Shown piece by piece: positions 18,114-27,019 of a stretch of 64,000 nt of DNA. The notes below the pieces were generated by a model that saw nothing but the letters and a program-made list of their open reading frames with translations, searched no databases and was not told the DNA's origin. Within the stretch, counting starts at the first letter, position 1. Each line of letters opens with the position of its first letter. The stretch spans positions 162,858-226,857 of the forward strand of contig JAJTXY010000004.1 in assembly GCA_021463865.1 (NCBI GenBank), read 5' to 3'. Source of the stretch: Anaerolineae bacterium (GTDB lineage: Bacteria; Chloroflexota; Anaerolineae; Aggregatilineales; J027). A program made the translations under genes and the position numbers.

Positions 18114-18180
18114 CTTTTGTGACTTACACCGGGAAGAGGTAAAGCCCCTCATCCCCGGCCAAGTTTTTTTTGGGGCTAAA

Positions 18181-19944
18181 TTAGCCGCGAGCAGCCAACT
18201 TGGCAGCCATATCAATGCTGTACGCACCCCAGTGAGCGCCGCCGAACAGGCCGTCGGTCTCAAATGGGCCAGTGTACCATGGCTTGAACAGGCTGAAGCC
18301 GGAGCGCAGGAAGATCGGGGCAATTGGGAATTCACCTTCTTCGCCGAAGAATGCCTCTTCAACTTCCGCATACAGTTGTTCACGAACCGCTGGGTCACTT
18401 TCGCGGGCAGCCTGATCAATCAGGTCGTCCACTTCGGTGCAGGGGCGCATGAAGTTGTAGTCAACATTGCAGGACAGCACGTCATGTACCCAGTTGTTGG
18501 CGTCACCATAGTCAGGACCCCAGCCGAGTGTCCAAGCATTCGGACGATCCTGCGTGGGGGTCTTGGAGTCAACGACTTCCAACAGAACCGAGAATTCGAG
18601 TTGTTCGGTGTTGAACAGCGCGGGATCGCAGCCGAGATATTCTTCAGCAGCGGCAGCCCAGAATTCAACCCATGTGCCAGCACCAGTGTAGGCAACGAGG
18701 TCAATGTTCGGGAAGCCTTCGCAGTTGGGATAACCAGCGGTTTCGAGTTGGGCAACCGCGTATTCGGGGTTGAAACCAACACCGACTTCATTGATGGGTG
18801 GCGCACCAGCCATACCGGGTGGGGTGAAGTGAATCATTGGCACACCACGACCACCACGAATTTGTTCCACAAACGCGGCGCGATCAATGATGGCGCTGAA
18901 GGCACGGCGGGCGTTTACATTGTCGAACGGCGCTTTGTCATGAGCATAGCCGAAATAGAACACAGCGAGGTCGAAGATTTGCAAAACTTGTTGAGACAGA
19001 ACTGGGTCGTTCAACACGTTTTGAATTTCAGCAGTGGGTACGCCCGTCGCATCCAGTTGATTGTCAAGGAAGAGGGCATAGGTGGTACCACCGTCCTCAA
19101 TGATGGTCTGGTTGATGACTTCGATATTGCCGGTGCCGCTGAACAGATCAGCCGGGAGGGCTTCATTACGCATAAACACGCGGCGCACGCCACGCGTAAT
19201 TTCGTCAACGAAGTATGGGCCATTGGTGATGATGTTGCCGGGGGCAGTCCATTCGTCACCGAATTCTTCAATGCCTTCCTGCGGCACAGGGCGGATCATC
19301 CACATGGGGGTCATGGACAGAAAGAAACCAGCGGCGAATTGCAGTTCAATCACGACAGTGGTGTCATCCGGGGCGCTGACCTTGGTGGTGTCGCCAAAAA
19401 CGAGGTCGTCAGTTACGGATTCGCTGGCGGTCTGATTGACCACATCGCAACCCGCAATTACGGTCGCCGCAATCGAGCCATAGTAGCTGCCCAAACGAGG
19501 ATCGCAAGCACGCTTGATGCCGTACACAAAGTCACCCGCGACAACGGGCCGCACGACGGTGGCGGTATCGCTGGCCGGGTCCCACTTCATCCAGTTGACA
19601 TCGGTGCGGAGGCTGAACGTCCAAGTCAAACCATCGGCGCTGGCTTCCCAAGTCGTCGCCAGTTCGGGGGTAACCGCGCTGGTGATGGGGTCATAGTTGG
19701 TCAGGCCGAGGAACAGGTTTTCAATAGGGGTGATCGAAACAGTGTCAGACGCCAGAACCGGGTCGAGCGAACTAATTTCGCTGCTGTCGGCGGTGTCACG
19801 GGTGACAGGTTCATCCTGACGATATTGAGCGGTAATGGTAATCTCGCTGTCGGCAGCGGCGGCAAAGCCGGTCGGCAGGAGGGCAACCACCATCGTCAGC
19901 ACCACGGCGACGACTGGGATCATCCGAAAGACTTTCTTTGACAT
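18181..19944 (-). CDS. Extracellular solute-binding protein, family 5 (DppA/OppA-type), paralogue 1 of 6
   Basis: Start ATG 19944 (MSKKVFRM) is preceded by AGGAGG. The signal peptide ends ..GFAAAA. It carries SSLDP..ASD..S...IENLFLGLT..DP....V.PELA..W..S.DGLTWTF.LR.DVNW, typical of family-5 SBPs. It aligns over its full length with the other five copies. Confidence 0.85.
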   Translation of the reverse strand: MSKKVFRMIPVVAVVLTMVVALLPTGFAAAADSEITITAQYRQDEPVTRDTADSSEISSLDPVLASDTVSITPIENLFLGLTNYDPITSAVTPELATTWEASADGLTWTFSLRTDVNWMKWDPASDTATVVRPVVAGDFVYGIKRACDPRLGSYYGSIAATVIAGCDVVNQTASESVTDDLVFGDTTKVSAPDDTTVVIELQFAAGFFLSMTPMWMIRPVPQEGIEEFGDEWTAPGNIITNGPYFVDEITRGVRRVFMRNEALPADLFSGTGNIEVINQTIIEDGGTTYALFLDNQLDATGVPTAEIQNVLNDPVLSQQVLQIFDLAVFYFGYAHDKAPFDNVNARRAFSAIIDRAAFVEQIRGGRGVPMIHFTPPGMAGAPPINEVGVGFNPEYAVAQLETAGYPNCEGFPNIDLVAYTGAGTWVEFWAAAAEEYLGCDPALFNTEQLEFSVLLEVVDSKTPTQDRPNAWTLGWGPDYGDANNWVHDVLSCNVDYNFMRPCTEVDDLIDQAARESDPAVREQLYAEVEEAFFGEEGEFPIAPIFLRSGFSLFKPWYTGPFETDGLFGGAHWGAYSIDMAAKLAARG

Positions 19945-19997
19945 TTTTAAGCTCCTCCTAGAGAGCATCTTAAAACTTTTTATGTATTCAACTCATC

Positions 19998-20027
19998 ATT
20001 GGTCCGGATTTGTCCGGGTTTGTCCGG
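19998..20027. repeat. Three tandem 10-nt repeats in the SBP1 leader
   Basis: Plus strand reads ATTGGTCCGG ATTTGTCCGG GTTTGTCCGG. The minus sense reads CCGGACAAAC CCGGACAAAT CCGGACCAAT. It lies 54-83 nt upstream of the SBP1 ATG. Confidence 0.85.
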
Positions 20028-20347
20028 CCTTCTGCCCCGGAAGCATGGGTAGGGCGTCGAGTGCGGCTGTGCTCCTTTCTTAAAACCGTTGGTGCTTGGC
20101 TTCCAATGCGTTGTACATGCTTACTTGCCAGGACAAGTCAAGGCTACAACCAGTTGGGTTGGGGACTCTTTGTAGAGAAAGGGAGTGTAGTGGGGAATTG
20201 GAATGGAAAGAGGGCAACAAGCTGTCCCTGCAATCCCAAAATGAACTTTCCGTGGCCCCATCAAAATAACTATTTCTCACAAAAGTAGGAAGCACAAGTC
20301 CACTAAATTTAAATTTGTACTACAGGACTCACTCGATGCTGATATAA

Positions 20348-20378
20348 ATTATAGCGATGTACACCGCTAGAATGCAAA
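20348..20378 (-). promoter_or_regulatory. Candidate sigma70-type promoter for SBP1 (perfect -10, weak -35)
   Basis: The minus strand reads TTGCAT-(18)-TATAAT, with the -10 at 20353-20348. It is positionally homologous to the better promoter upstream of SBP3; both follow the conserved block ACTCACT(C)GATGC. Confidence 0.4.
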
Positions 20379-20503
20379 TGGTTCGCCAGATTAGAAATTT
20401 TTAATCTTGATCATTTTTTAATAAAAGGTTTAATTGAAGCCATAAACTGAATGATGTGAAGATTTATTTTGCGTCAACCTTACGAATTGAAAAAAGTATA
20501 GCC

Positions 20504-20542
20504 AATAAAAAATCCCCACCGCCAATCAATGGCGAGGGGATT
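20504..20542 (-). terminator. Rho-independent terminator of SBP2
   Basis: On the minus strand, AATCCCCTCGCCA-TTGAT-TGGCGGTGGGGATT is followed by TTTTTTATT. It lies 38 nt after the stop. Confidence 0.75.
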
Positions 20543-20579
20543 GTGCGGTAGGATTAAACCCACCCGTTGTTATGATCGG

Positions 20580-22358
20580 TTATTCACCACGCGCTGCTAA
20601 CTTGGCGGCCATATCAATGCTATACGCACCCCAATGTGGGCCACCAAACAACCCGTCGCTTTCAAATGGGCCAGTGTACCACGACTTAATCAAGTTGAAA
20701 CTGGTATCCATGAAGATAGGTGCAATGGGGTAGTCCCCCTCTGGCCCAAAGAAGGCTTCTTCAATTTCAGCATACAGTTGATCACGCACCGATGGATCAG
20801 ATTCACGCGCCGCCTCGTTAATGAGGTCGTCTACTTCGGTGCAGGGGCGCATAAAAGCATTATCGGCGGTGCAAGACAACACGTCATTCACCCAGTTGTT
20901 GGCATCACCATAATCTGGCCCCCACCCCAAGGTCCAAGCGTTGGGACGGTCTTGGGTTGGCGTATCGGCATCAATGATTTCCAACAGCACCGAAAATTCA
21001 AGCTGCTCGACATTAAACAAAGAGGGGTCACAGCCGAGATATTCCTCAGCCGCCGATGCCCAAAAGTCTGCCCAATTGCCTGCCCCGGTATAGGTTGCCA
21101 TATTGACATTCGGGAAGCCTTCACAGTTGGGATAGCCCGCTGCTTCCATTTCAGCCTTCGCATATTCGGGGTCAAACCCAACACCAATTTCGTTGATAGG
21201 CGGAGCATGAGCCATACCGGGCGGAGTAAAGTGAATCATGGGAATGGCGCTGCCACCCAAGACCTGATCAATGAAGGCTTGACGGTCAATCACCGCCCCA
21301 AAAGCACGCCGCGCATGTTCATTATCAAACGGCGCTTTGTCATGACCAAAGGCGAAATAGAAGACCGAGAGGGCAAAAATCTGAATCACCTCTTGGGAAA
21401 GTTCGGGGTCCCCCAAAATATTTTGCAGTTCCGCCGAAGGCACACCGGAAGCATCCAGTTGATTATTGAGATAGAGCGAATAGATCGTGCCGCCGTCTTC
21501 AATGACCTGCTGATTGATAATCTCAATATTGCCCGTGCCGCTAAACAGGTCGGCGGGTAGATTTTCATTACGGACAAACACACGCCGCACACCACGAGTC
21601 AGTTCATCTACTACATAGGGGCCATTCGTCACAATGTTACCGGGGGCTGTCCATTCATCACCAAATTCCTCAATAACTTCCTGTGGCACGGCACGGAGCA
21701 TCCACATGGGGGTCATCGAGAAGAAAAAGCCTGCGGCAAATTGCAATTGGACTACGAGTGTCGTGTCATCGGGCGCACTCACGGCAATTGTATCACCATA
21801 AACGAGATCATCCGTCACCGACTCAGTGGGGGTCTGATTAACCACATCACAACCCTTGATGACCTTCGCCGAAATCGTGCCGTAATAACCGCCGAGACGA
21901 GGGTCGCAGCCGCGTTTAATGCCATACACAAAATCGCTTGCGACCACCGGACGAATAATGGTCGCGCTGTCACTGGCTGGGTCCCAACGCAGCCAATTGA
22001 CATCGGTGCGCAAGTTGAATGTCCACGTCACATTGTCGGGTGCAATCGTCCATGACGAAGCTACTTCTGGATTGACCGCGCTGGTAATGGGGTCATAGTC
22101 CGTCAGGCCAAGAAATAGATTCTCGATAGGGGCAATTGAGACCTGATCTGAGGCAATCTGGGGGTCGAGGGAGCTAATTTCGCTGCTTGCCGCCGTGTCA
22201 CGCTGCACGGGGACATTTTGGCGATAGAGCGCTACCACGGTTACTTCCGTATCACTGGCCGATGCGAAACCGACGGGCAACATGGCCGCGACGAGTGCCA
22301 ACACCAGTAATGAGGCTGGCATTACCCTAACCATTCTTTTTACCACTTCTCTATTCAT
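20580..22358 (-). CDS. Extracellular solute-binding protein, family 5, paralogue 2 of 6
   Basis: Full-length paralogue with an RBS (AGGAGAG) upstream of ATG 22358 and a signal peptide ending ..GFASAS. Confidence 0.85.
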   Translation of the reverse strand: MNREVVKRMVRVMPASLLVLALVAAMLPVGFASASDTEVTVVALYRQNVPVQRDTAASSEISSLDPQIASDQVSIAPIENLFLGLTDYDPITSAVNPEVASSWTIAPDNVTWTFNLRTDVNWLRWDPASDSATIIRPVVASDFVYGIKRGCDPRLGGYYGTISAKVIKGCDVVNQTPTESVTDDLVYGDTIAVSAPDDTTLVVQLQFAAGFFFSMTPMWMLRAVPQEVIEEFGDEWTAPGNIVTNGPYVVDELTRGVRRVFVRNENLPADLFSGTGNIEIINQQVIEDGGTIYSLYLNNQLDASGVPSAELQNILGDPELSQEVIQIFALSVFYFAFGHDKAPFDNEHARRAFGAVIDRQAFIDQVLGGSAIPMIHFTPPGMAHAPPINEIGVGFDPEYAKAEMEAAGYPNCEGFPNVNMATYTGAGNWADFWASAAEEYLGCDPSLFNVEQLEFSVLLEIIDADTPTQDRPNAWTLGWGPDYGDANNWVNDVLSCTADNAFMRPCTEVDDLINEAARESDPSVRDQLYAEIEEAFFGPEGDYPIAPIFMDTSFNLIKSWYTGPFESDGLFGGPHWGAYSIDMAAKLAARGE

Positions 22359-22523
22359 GGGTTCTCTCCTGAAAATACTAAAGAATCACGAAAATTGTAC
22401 TGGATACCCCAATTTGGCACAAAAGGTTCAATTCGTTTAAGATTTTCTCATATAAGGAAACATCCCCAAAAACACAAATCCCCCCGGTGCAGCAAATCTC
22501 GCGCGGAGGGATCGGTGGTTAGG

Positions 22524-22570
22524 TCCCCTACCCTGCCGTCATCATCTACGGGCGATGGCAGGGTTAGGGA
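22524..22570 (-). terminator. Long stem-loop just after the SBP3 stop (no clear T-run)
   Basis: TCCCCTACCCTGCC (22524-22537) pairs with GGCAGGGTTAGGGA (22557-22570) with small bulges. It lies 16 nt after the stop. Confidence 0.4.
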
Positions 22571-22585
22571 ATCACTTAGTTCAGT

Positions 22586-24352
22586 TTATTCACCACGTGC
22601 TGCCAACTTCGCAGCCATGTCAATGTTGTAGGCACCCCAGTGAGCGCCACCAAACAGACCGTCGCTCTCAAATGGACCGGTGTACCACGGTTTCACCAAT
22701 GTGAAGAACGAACGCAGATAGATCGGGGCAATCGGGTATTCACCTTCTGCGCCAAAGAACGATTCTTCGATCTCGGCATACAGTTGGTCACGTACCGCCG
22801 GATCACTTTCGGCAGCGGCCTGATTGATCAGGTCGTCTACTTCGGTGCAGGGACGCAGGAAGGCGTTGTCGGAGGTGCAGGACAGCACATCGTTCACCCA
22901 GTTGTTGGCGTCACCATAGTCGGGACCCCAGCCGAGCGTCCAAGCATTCGGACGATCCTGCGTGGGGGTGTTGGGATCAACGATTTCCAACAACACGGAG
23001 AATTCAAGTTGTTCAACATTCAACAACGATGGATCACAGCCGAGATATTCTTCAGCCGCTGCTGCCCAGAAGTCTGTCCATGTACCAGCACCCTGATAAG
23101 CGACCATATCAATCGCTGGGAAGCCTTCACAGTTGGGATAACCCGCCGCTTCCATCTCGGCAACGGCGTATTCTGGGTCAAACCCAACACCGATTTCATT
23201 GATAGCAGGGGCATGAGCCATACCGGGTGGGGTGAAGTGAATCATCGGCACACCACGACCAGCCAACACCTGTTCAATGAACGCTTGGCGGTCAATGATG
23301 GCACTGAAAGCACGACGCGCGTGAACATTGTCAAAGGGCGCTTTGTCATGACCAAAGCCAAAATAGAACACGGTCAGGTCAAAGATTTGCAGCACTTCTT
23401 GGGACAATGTGGGGTCAGACAACACATTTTGGATTTCTGCCGCAGGCACACCGGAACTGTCGAGTTGGCTGTTTTGATACAGCGCATAGATCGTACCAGC
23501 GTCTTCAATCACGGTGGTGTTGATGACTTCTACATTGCCAGTGCCGCTGAACAGATCAGCAGGCAGGGCTTCGTTGCGCACGTACACGCGGCGCACACCA
23601 CGAGTAATTTCTTGCACAAAGAATGGGCCGTTCGACACGATATTGCCGGGGGCAGTCCATTCGTCACCGAATTCTTCAATGACTTCTTGTGGGACAGCAC
23701 GGAGCATCCACATGGGGGTCATGGAGAAGAAATAACCAGCAGCGAATTGCAGTTCGACCACGAGGGTCACGTCATCGGGGGCGCTGACGGCAATGGTTTC
23801 ACCGTAAACCAGATCATCCGTAACGTTTTCGGCAACCGTTTGGTTGACCACATCGCAGCCCTTGATTACCTTGGCCGAAATCGTACCGTAATAACCACCC
23901 AAACGGGGGTCGCAGCCGCGCTTAATGCCATAGACAAGATCGCCTGCCACCACTGGGCGCACGACAGCGGCGGTTTCGGTTGCCGGGTCATAACGCATCC
24001 AATTGACATCGCTGCGTAGATTGAACGTCCATACCAAACCGTCGGCGCTCACTTCCCATGAAGTCGCCAATTCGGGGTTAATCGCGCTGGTGATTGGGTC
24101 ATAGTCTGTCAGGCCCAAAAACAGATTTTCAACTGGAATGATCGAAACACTGTCCGAAATGATCGCTGGGTCAAGGGAGCTAATTTCGCTCTGGCTTGCC
24201 CCGTCAATCGTAACAGGCGTATCCTGACGATATTGGGCCACAACGGTAACGGTGGCATCTTCCGCAGCCGCAAAACCGGTCGGAAGTAATGCAACCACCA
24301 GTGTCAGCACAATCGCTGCGACTGGGATGAGTCGAAAAGTGGATTTAGACAT
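22586..24352 (-). CDS. Extracellular solute-binding protein, family 5, paralogue 3 of 6
   Basis: Start ATG 24352 (MSKSTFRL) is preceded by AGGAGG. This copy is closest to paralogue 1 at the N-terminus. Confidence 0.85.
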   Translation of the reverse strand: MSKSTFRLIPVAAIVLTLVVALLPTGFAAAEDATVTVVAQYRQDTPVTIDGASQSEISSLDPAIISDSVSIIPVENLFLGLTDYDPITSAINPELATSWEVSADGLVWTFNLRSDVNWMRYDPATETAAVVRPVVAGDLVYGIKRGCDPRLGGYYGTISAKVIKGCDVVNQTVAENVTDDLVYGETIAVSAPDDVTLVVELQFAAGYFFSMTPMWMLRAVPQEVIEEFGDEWTAPGNIVSNGPFFVQEITRGVRRVYVRNEALPADLFSGTGNVEVINTTVIEDAGTIYALYQNSQLDSSGVPAAEIQNVLSDPTLSQEVLQIFDLTVFYFGFGHDKAPFDNVHARRAFSAIIDRQAFIEQVLAGRGVPMIHFTPPGMAHAPAINEIGVGFDPEYAVAEMEAAGYPNCEGFPAIDMVAYQGAGTWTDFWAAAAEEYLGCDPSLLNVEQLEFSVLLEIVDPNTPTQDRPNAWTLGWGPDYGDANNWVNDVLSCTSDNAFLRPCTEVDDLINQAAAESDPAVRDQLYAEIEESFFGAEGEYPIAPIYLRSFFTLVKPWYTGPFESDGLFGGAHWGAYNIDMAAKLAARGE

Positions 24353-24682
24353 TTTGGCCCCTCCTGGAGAGCGCAATTTATCTTAAGAATCGAATTTTTT
24401 GGGTGGGTTCATCCGGTCAGTTGCCCCGGAAAGCATGTCAATAGTTGAAATGTTGGTGACACACCTTTCTCCTGATTGGTAACGAGCCTTACATCGGGTG
24501 AGGATTTACACAACATATACATGGGGGACAGTTTGGAAGTTCAAGGAATTTTTGAGGGAATCGCATCGAGCGAATTCGGTTTCCCAGAAACAAGAGCTGT
24601 TTCCAAACCGCACACATGTCAATTGAATTGCAGGGCAACCCAATGGGATGTTGTTAAAAACTCACTGATGCCATTAATGAAG

Positions 24683-24710
24683 ATTATAGGAAGGGTTCAC
24701 CTATTGTCGA
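24683..24710 (-). promoter_or_regulatory. Near-consensus sigma70-type promoter for SBP3, implying a ~320-nt 5' leader
   Basis: The minus strand reads TCGACA (24710-24705), a 16-nt spacer, then TATAAT (24688-24683). Confidence 0.55.
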
Positions 24711-24796
24711 GAAACATCAGAGATTTCTAACGTCTCTATGGTTTTGTTAAATCGTCGAACCAGATGCAATTTTCGGGCGTACATGCAATTAGAAAT

Positions 24797-24879
24797 AAAA
24801 AGAGGGTTTGCCAGGACAGCCCTCTTTTTGCCGCATAAAAGGCAAAAGGAGTAGGAGTGTTAACCATACCCCTACTCCT
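24797..24879 (-). terminator. Cluster of three hairpins downstream of SBP4, two of them followed by T-runs on the minus strand
   Basis: GGAGTAGG/CCTACTCC (24848-24878) is followed by TTTTGCCTTTT on the minus strand. TTGCC/GGCAA is a short middle hairpin. AAAAAGAGGG..GCCAGGACA..CCCTCTTTTT spans 24797-24829. Confidence 0.65.
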
Positions 24880-24963
24880 CATCAATTACAAAAATGACGA
24901 TTCTATAGCCTGCCTATCTCATAACGAGCTAAGGCTCTATTGTACCGACCACTGGTTTAGTGC

Positions 24964-26727
24964 CTATTCGCCACGTGCGGCCAACTTCGCCGCCATATCA
25001 ATCGTATACGCTCCCCAGTGAGCGCCGCCAAACAACCCGTCCGTTTCAAACGGCCCAGTGTACCATGGCTTAAAAAGACTGAACGCGGAACTTAGGAACA
25101 ACGGCACAATCGGGTAGTCCCCATCCGGGCCAAAGAGCGCCTCTTCGATTTCGGCATACAACTGGTCACGCACGGTTGGGTCGGTTTCGCGGGCGGCCTG
25201 ATTCAAAAGGTCATCCACTTCGGTGCAGGATCGCAGGAAATTATAGTCTGCCGTGCAAGACAGCACATCGTTGACCCAATTATTGGCATCGGCATAATCT
25301 GGCCCCCACCCCAACGTCCACGCATTGGGGCGATCTTGCGTAGGCGTCTCGTTATCAATGATTTCCAGCAGTACCGAAAATTCAAGCTGCTCGGTATTAA
25401 ACAGGGTGGGATCGCAACCGAGATATTCTTCGGCAGCGGCAGCCCAAAAATCGGCCCAATTGCCTGCCCCTTGATAGGCGGCAATATTGATATTCGGGAA
25501 ACCTTCACAATCGGGATAGCCTGCGGCTTCTAGTTCAGCAACGGCATAGTCGGGGTCAAAGCCAACGCCGATTTCATTGATGGCCGGGGCATGAGCCATA
25601 CCGGGCGGCGTGAAGTGGATCATCGGCACCCCTTGACCGCTGGCAACCTGCTCCACAAATGCTTGCCGATCCACAATCGCGGCAAAGGCCCGACGCGCAT
25701 GGACATTATCAAAGGGCGCTTTGTCATGGGCAAAGCCAAAATAATAGACGCTCAGGGTGAAAATTTGGCGAACCTGCTGCGACAATTCAGGATCAGCCAA
25801 TACATTCTGCAATTCCGCTGGGGGCACACCCGCCGCGTCATGCTGATGATTGAGATACAGAGCATAGGCTGTCCCAGCATCTTCAATCACGCTGTAGTTG
25901 ACCACCTCAAGGTTGCCGTTGCCGCTGAATAGGTCTAAAGGCAGGGCTTCATTACGCACATAGACCCGCCGCACACCGCGTGTAATCTCATCCACAAAAT
26001 AGGGGCCATTGGTGACGATGTTGCCGGGGGCTGTCCATTCATCGCCATAATCTTCAATGGTTTCCTGTGGGACGGCCCGCAACATCCACATAGGAGTCAT
26101 GGAAAAGAAATACCCGGCGGCAAATTGCAGTTCGACCACCACCGTCACATCATCTGGCGCACTGATTTTGACTGTATCGCCAAACACCAGATCATCAGTC
26201 GTGGCTTCGGCACTGGTCTGATTCACAATATCGCAGCCCGCGATCACTTTGGCGGCCACCGAACCATAATAGTTGCCGAGGCGACCATCACAGGCCCGTT
26301 TGATGCCATATACAAAGTCGCCTGCCACCACTGGGCGCACAACTGAGGCGGTTTTGCTGGCGGGGTCATAGTGCATCCAATTGACATCCGAGCGCAAATG
26401 GAATGTCCATGTCAGACCATCTTGGCTCACTTCCCAACTAGTCGCCAGTTCAGGGTTGACCGCACCCGTCACGGGGTCAGAATCGGTCAGCCCCAAAAAC
26501 AGATTTTCAATCGCGGTAATCGAAAGCGCGTCGCTGGCAATGCCGGGGTCAAGTGAACTGACCTCATCCGGGGACGACGTATCGCGGGTGACGGGGACAT
26601 CTTGGCGATAGAGCGCCGCAATCGTGATAGTGCTGTCAGACGCCGAGGCAAAGCCTACTGGGAACAGCGCGACCACCATCGTAAAAATTACAATCAATAC
26701 GGGCAACAATCGAATCTTTAAACTCAT
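24964..26727 (-). CDS. Extracellular solute-binding protein, family 5, paralogue 4 of 6
   Basis: Start ATG 26727 (MSLKIRLL) is preceded by AGGAGG. Full-length paralogue. Confidence 0.85.
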   Translation of the reverse strand: MSLKIRLLPVLIVIFTMVVALFPVGFASASDSTITIAALYRQDVPVTRDTSSPDEVSSLDPGIASDALSITAIENLFLGLTDSDPVTGAVNPELATSWEVSQDGLTWTFHLRSDVNWMHYDPASKTASVVRPVVAGDFVYGIKRACDGRLGNYYGSVAAKVIAGCDIVNQTSAEATTDDLVFGDTVKISAPDDVTVVVELQFAAGYFFSMTPMWMLRAVPQETIEDYGDEWTAPGNIVTNGPYFVDEITRGVRRVYVRNEALPLDLFSGNGNLEVVNYSVIEDAGTAYALYLNHQHDAAGVPPAELQNVLADPELSQQVRQIFTLSVYYFGFAHDKAPFDNVHARRAFAAIVDRQAFVEQVASGQGVPMIHFTPPGMAHAPAINEIGVGFDPDYAVAELEAAGYPDCEGFPNINIAAYQGAGNWADFWAAAAEEYLGCDPTLFNTEQLEFSVLLEIIDNETPTQDRPNAWTLGWGPDYADANNWVNDVLSCTADYNFLRSCTEVDDLLNQAARETDPTVRDQLYAEIEEALFGPDGDYPIVPLFLSSAFSLFKPWYTGPFETDGLFGGAHWGAYTIDMAAKLAARGE

Positions 26728-26957
26728 TTGCAAGATCCTCCTGAGTTGAATGAATGGGACAGCGTGAGGACTCACTTGCCGTAAAACGGGGTACGCAGAT
26801 TTTATGCAGAAACACGGAGAAAGGTTGTAAAGGTAGAGTTTTTCTGATCTATTATAAAATTTGTCAAAATAGTGAACTTATGGCTAATTCAAGGGGTATT
26901 TATATAACAAAATACCCCTTACCATTTGCGCACCCAAAAAGTTCAAACTGATTTCTA

Positions 26958-26992
26958 CAAAAAAAGCCGAGAGGGGCCAGGACACCCTCTCG
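26958..26992 (-). terminator. Rho-independent terminator of SBP5
   Basis: CGAGAGGG-GCCAGGACA-CCCTCTCG (26968-26992), with TTTTTTT following on the minus strand. It lies 28 nt after the stop. Confidence 0.8.
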
Positions 26993-27019
26993 ATAGATTT
27001 ATTTGACTATTTATTCTTT

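Noticed and set aside
20010-20295. Small ORFs inside the long SBP spacers (20010-20288 on the plus strand, 20080-20295 on the minus strand, 24476-24730 on the plus strand) as possible peptide genes.
   Set aside because: The two homologous spacers do not conserve any of these reading frames or their products. There is no RBS. The conservation is nucleotide-level and patchy, which fits a non-coding leader better.
18232-24019. Very long plus-strand ORFs (569, 308 and 459 aa at 18232-19941, 20634-21560 and 22640-24019) lying antisense to the SBP genes.
   Set aside because: Their translations are low-complexity (Gly/Arg/His/Val-rich) with no motifs. They mirror the strongly supported minus-strand SBP genes frame for frame and lack RBS context. 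They are classic shadow ORFs produced by codon bias.
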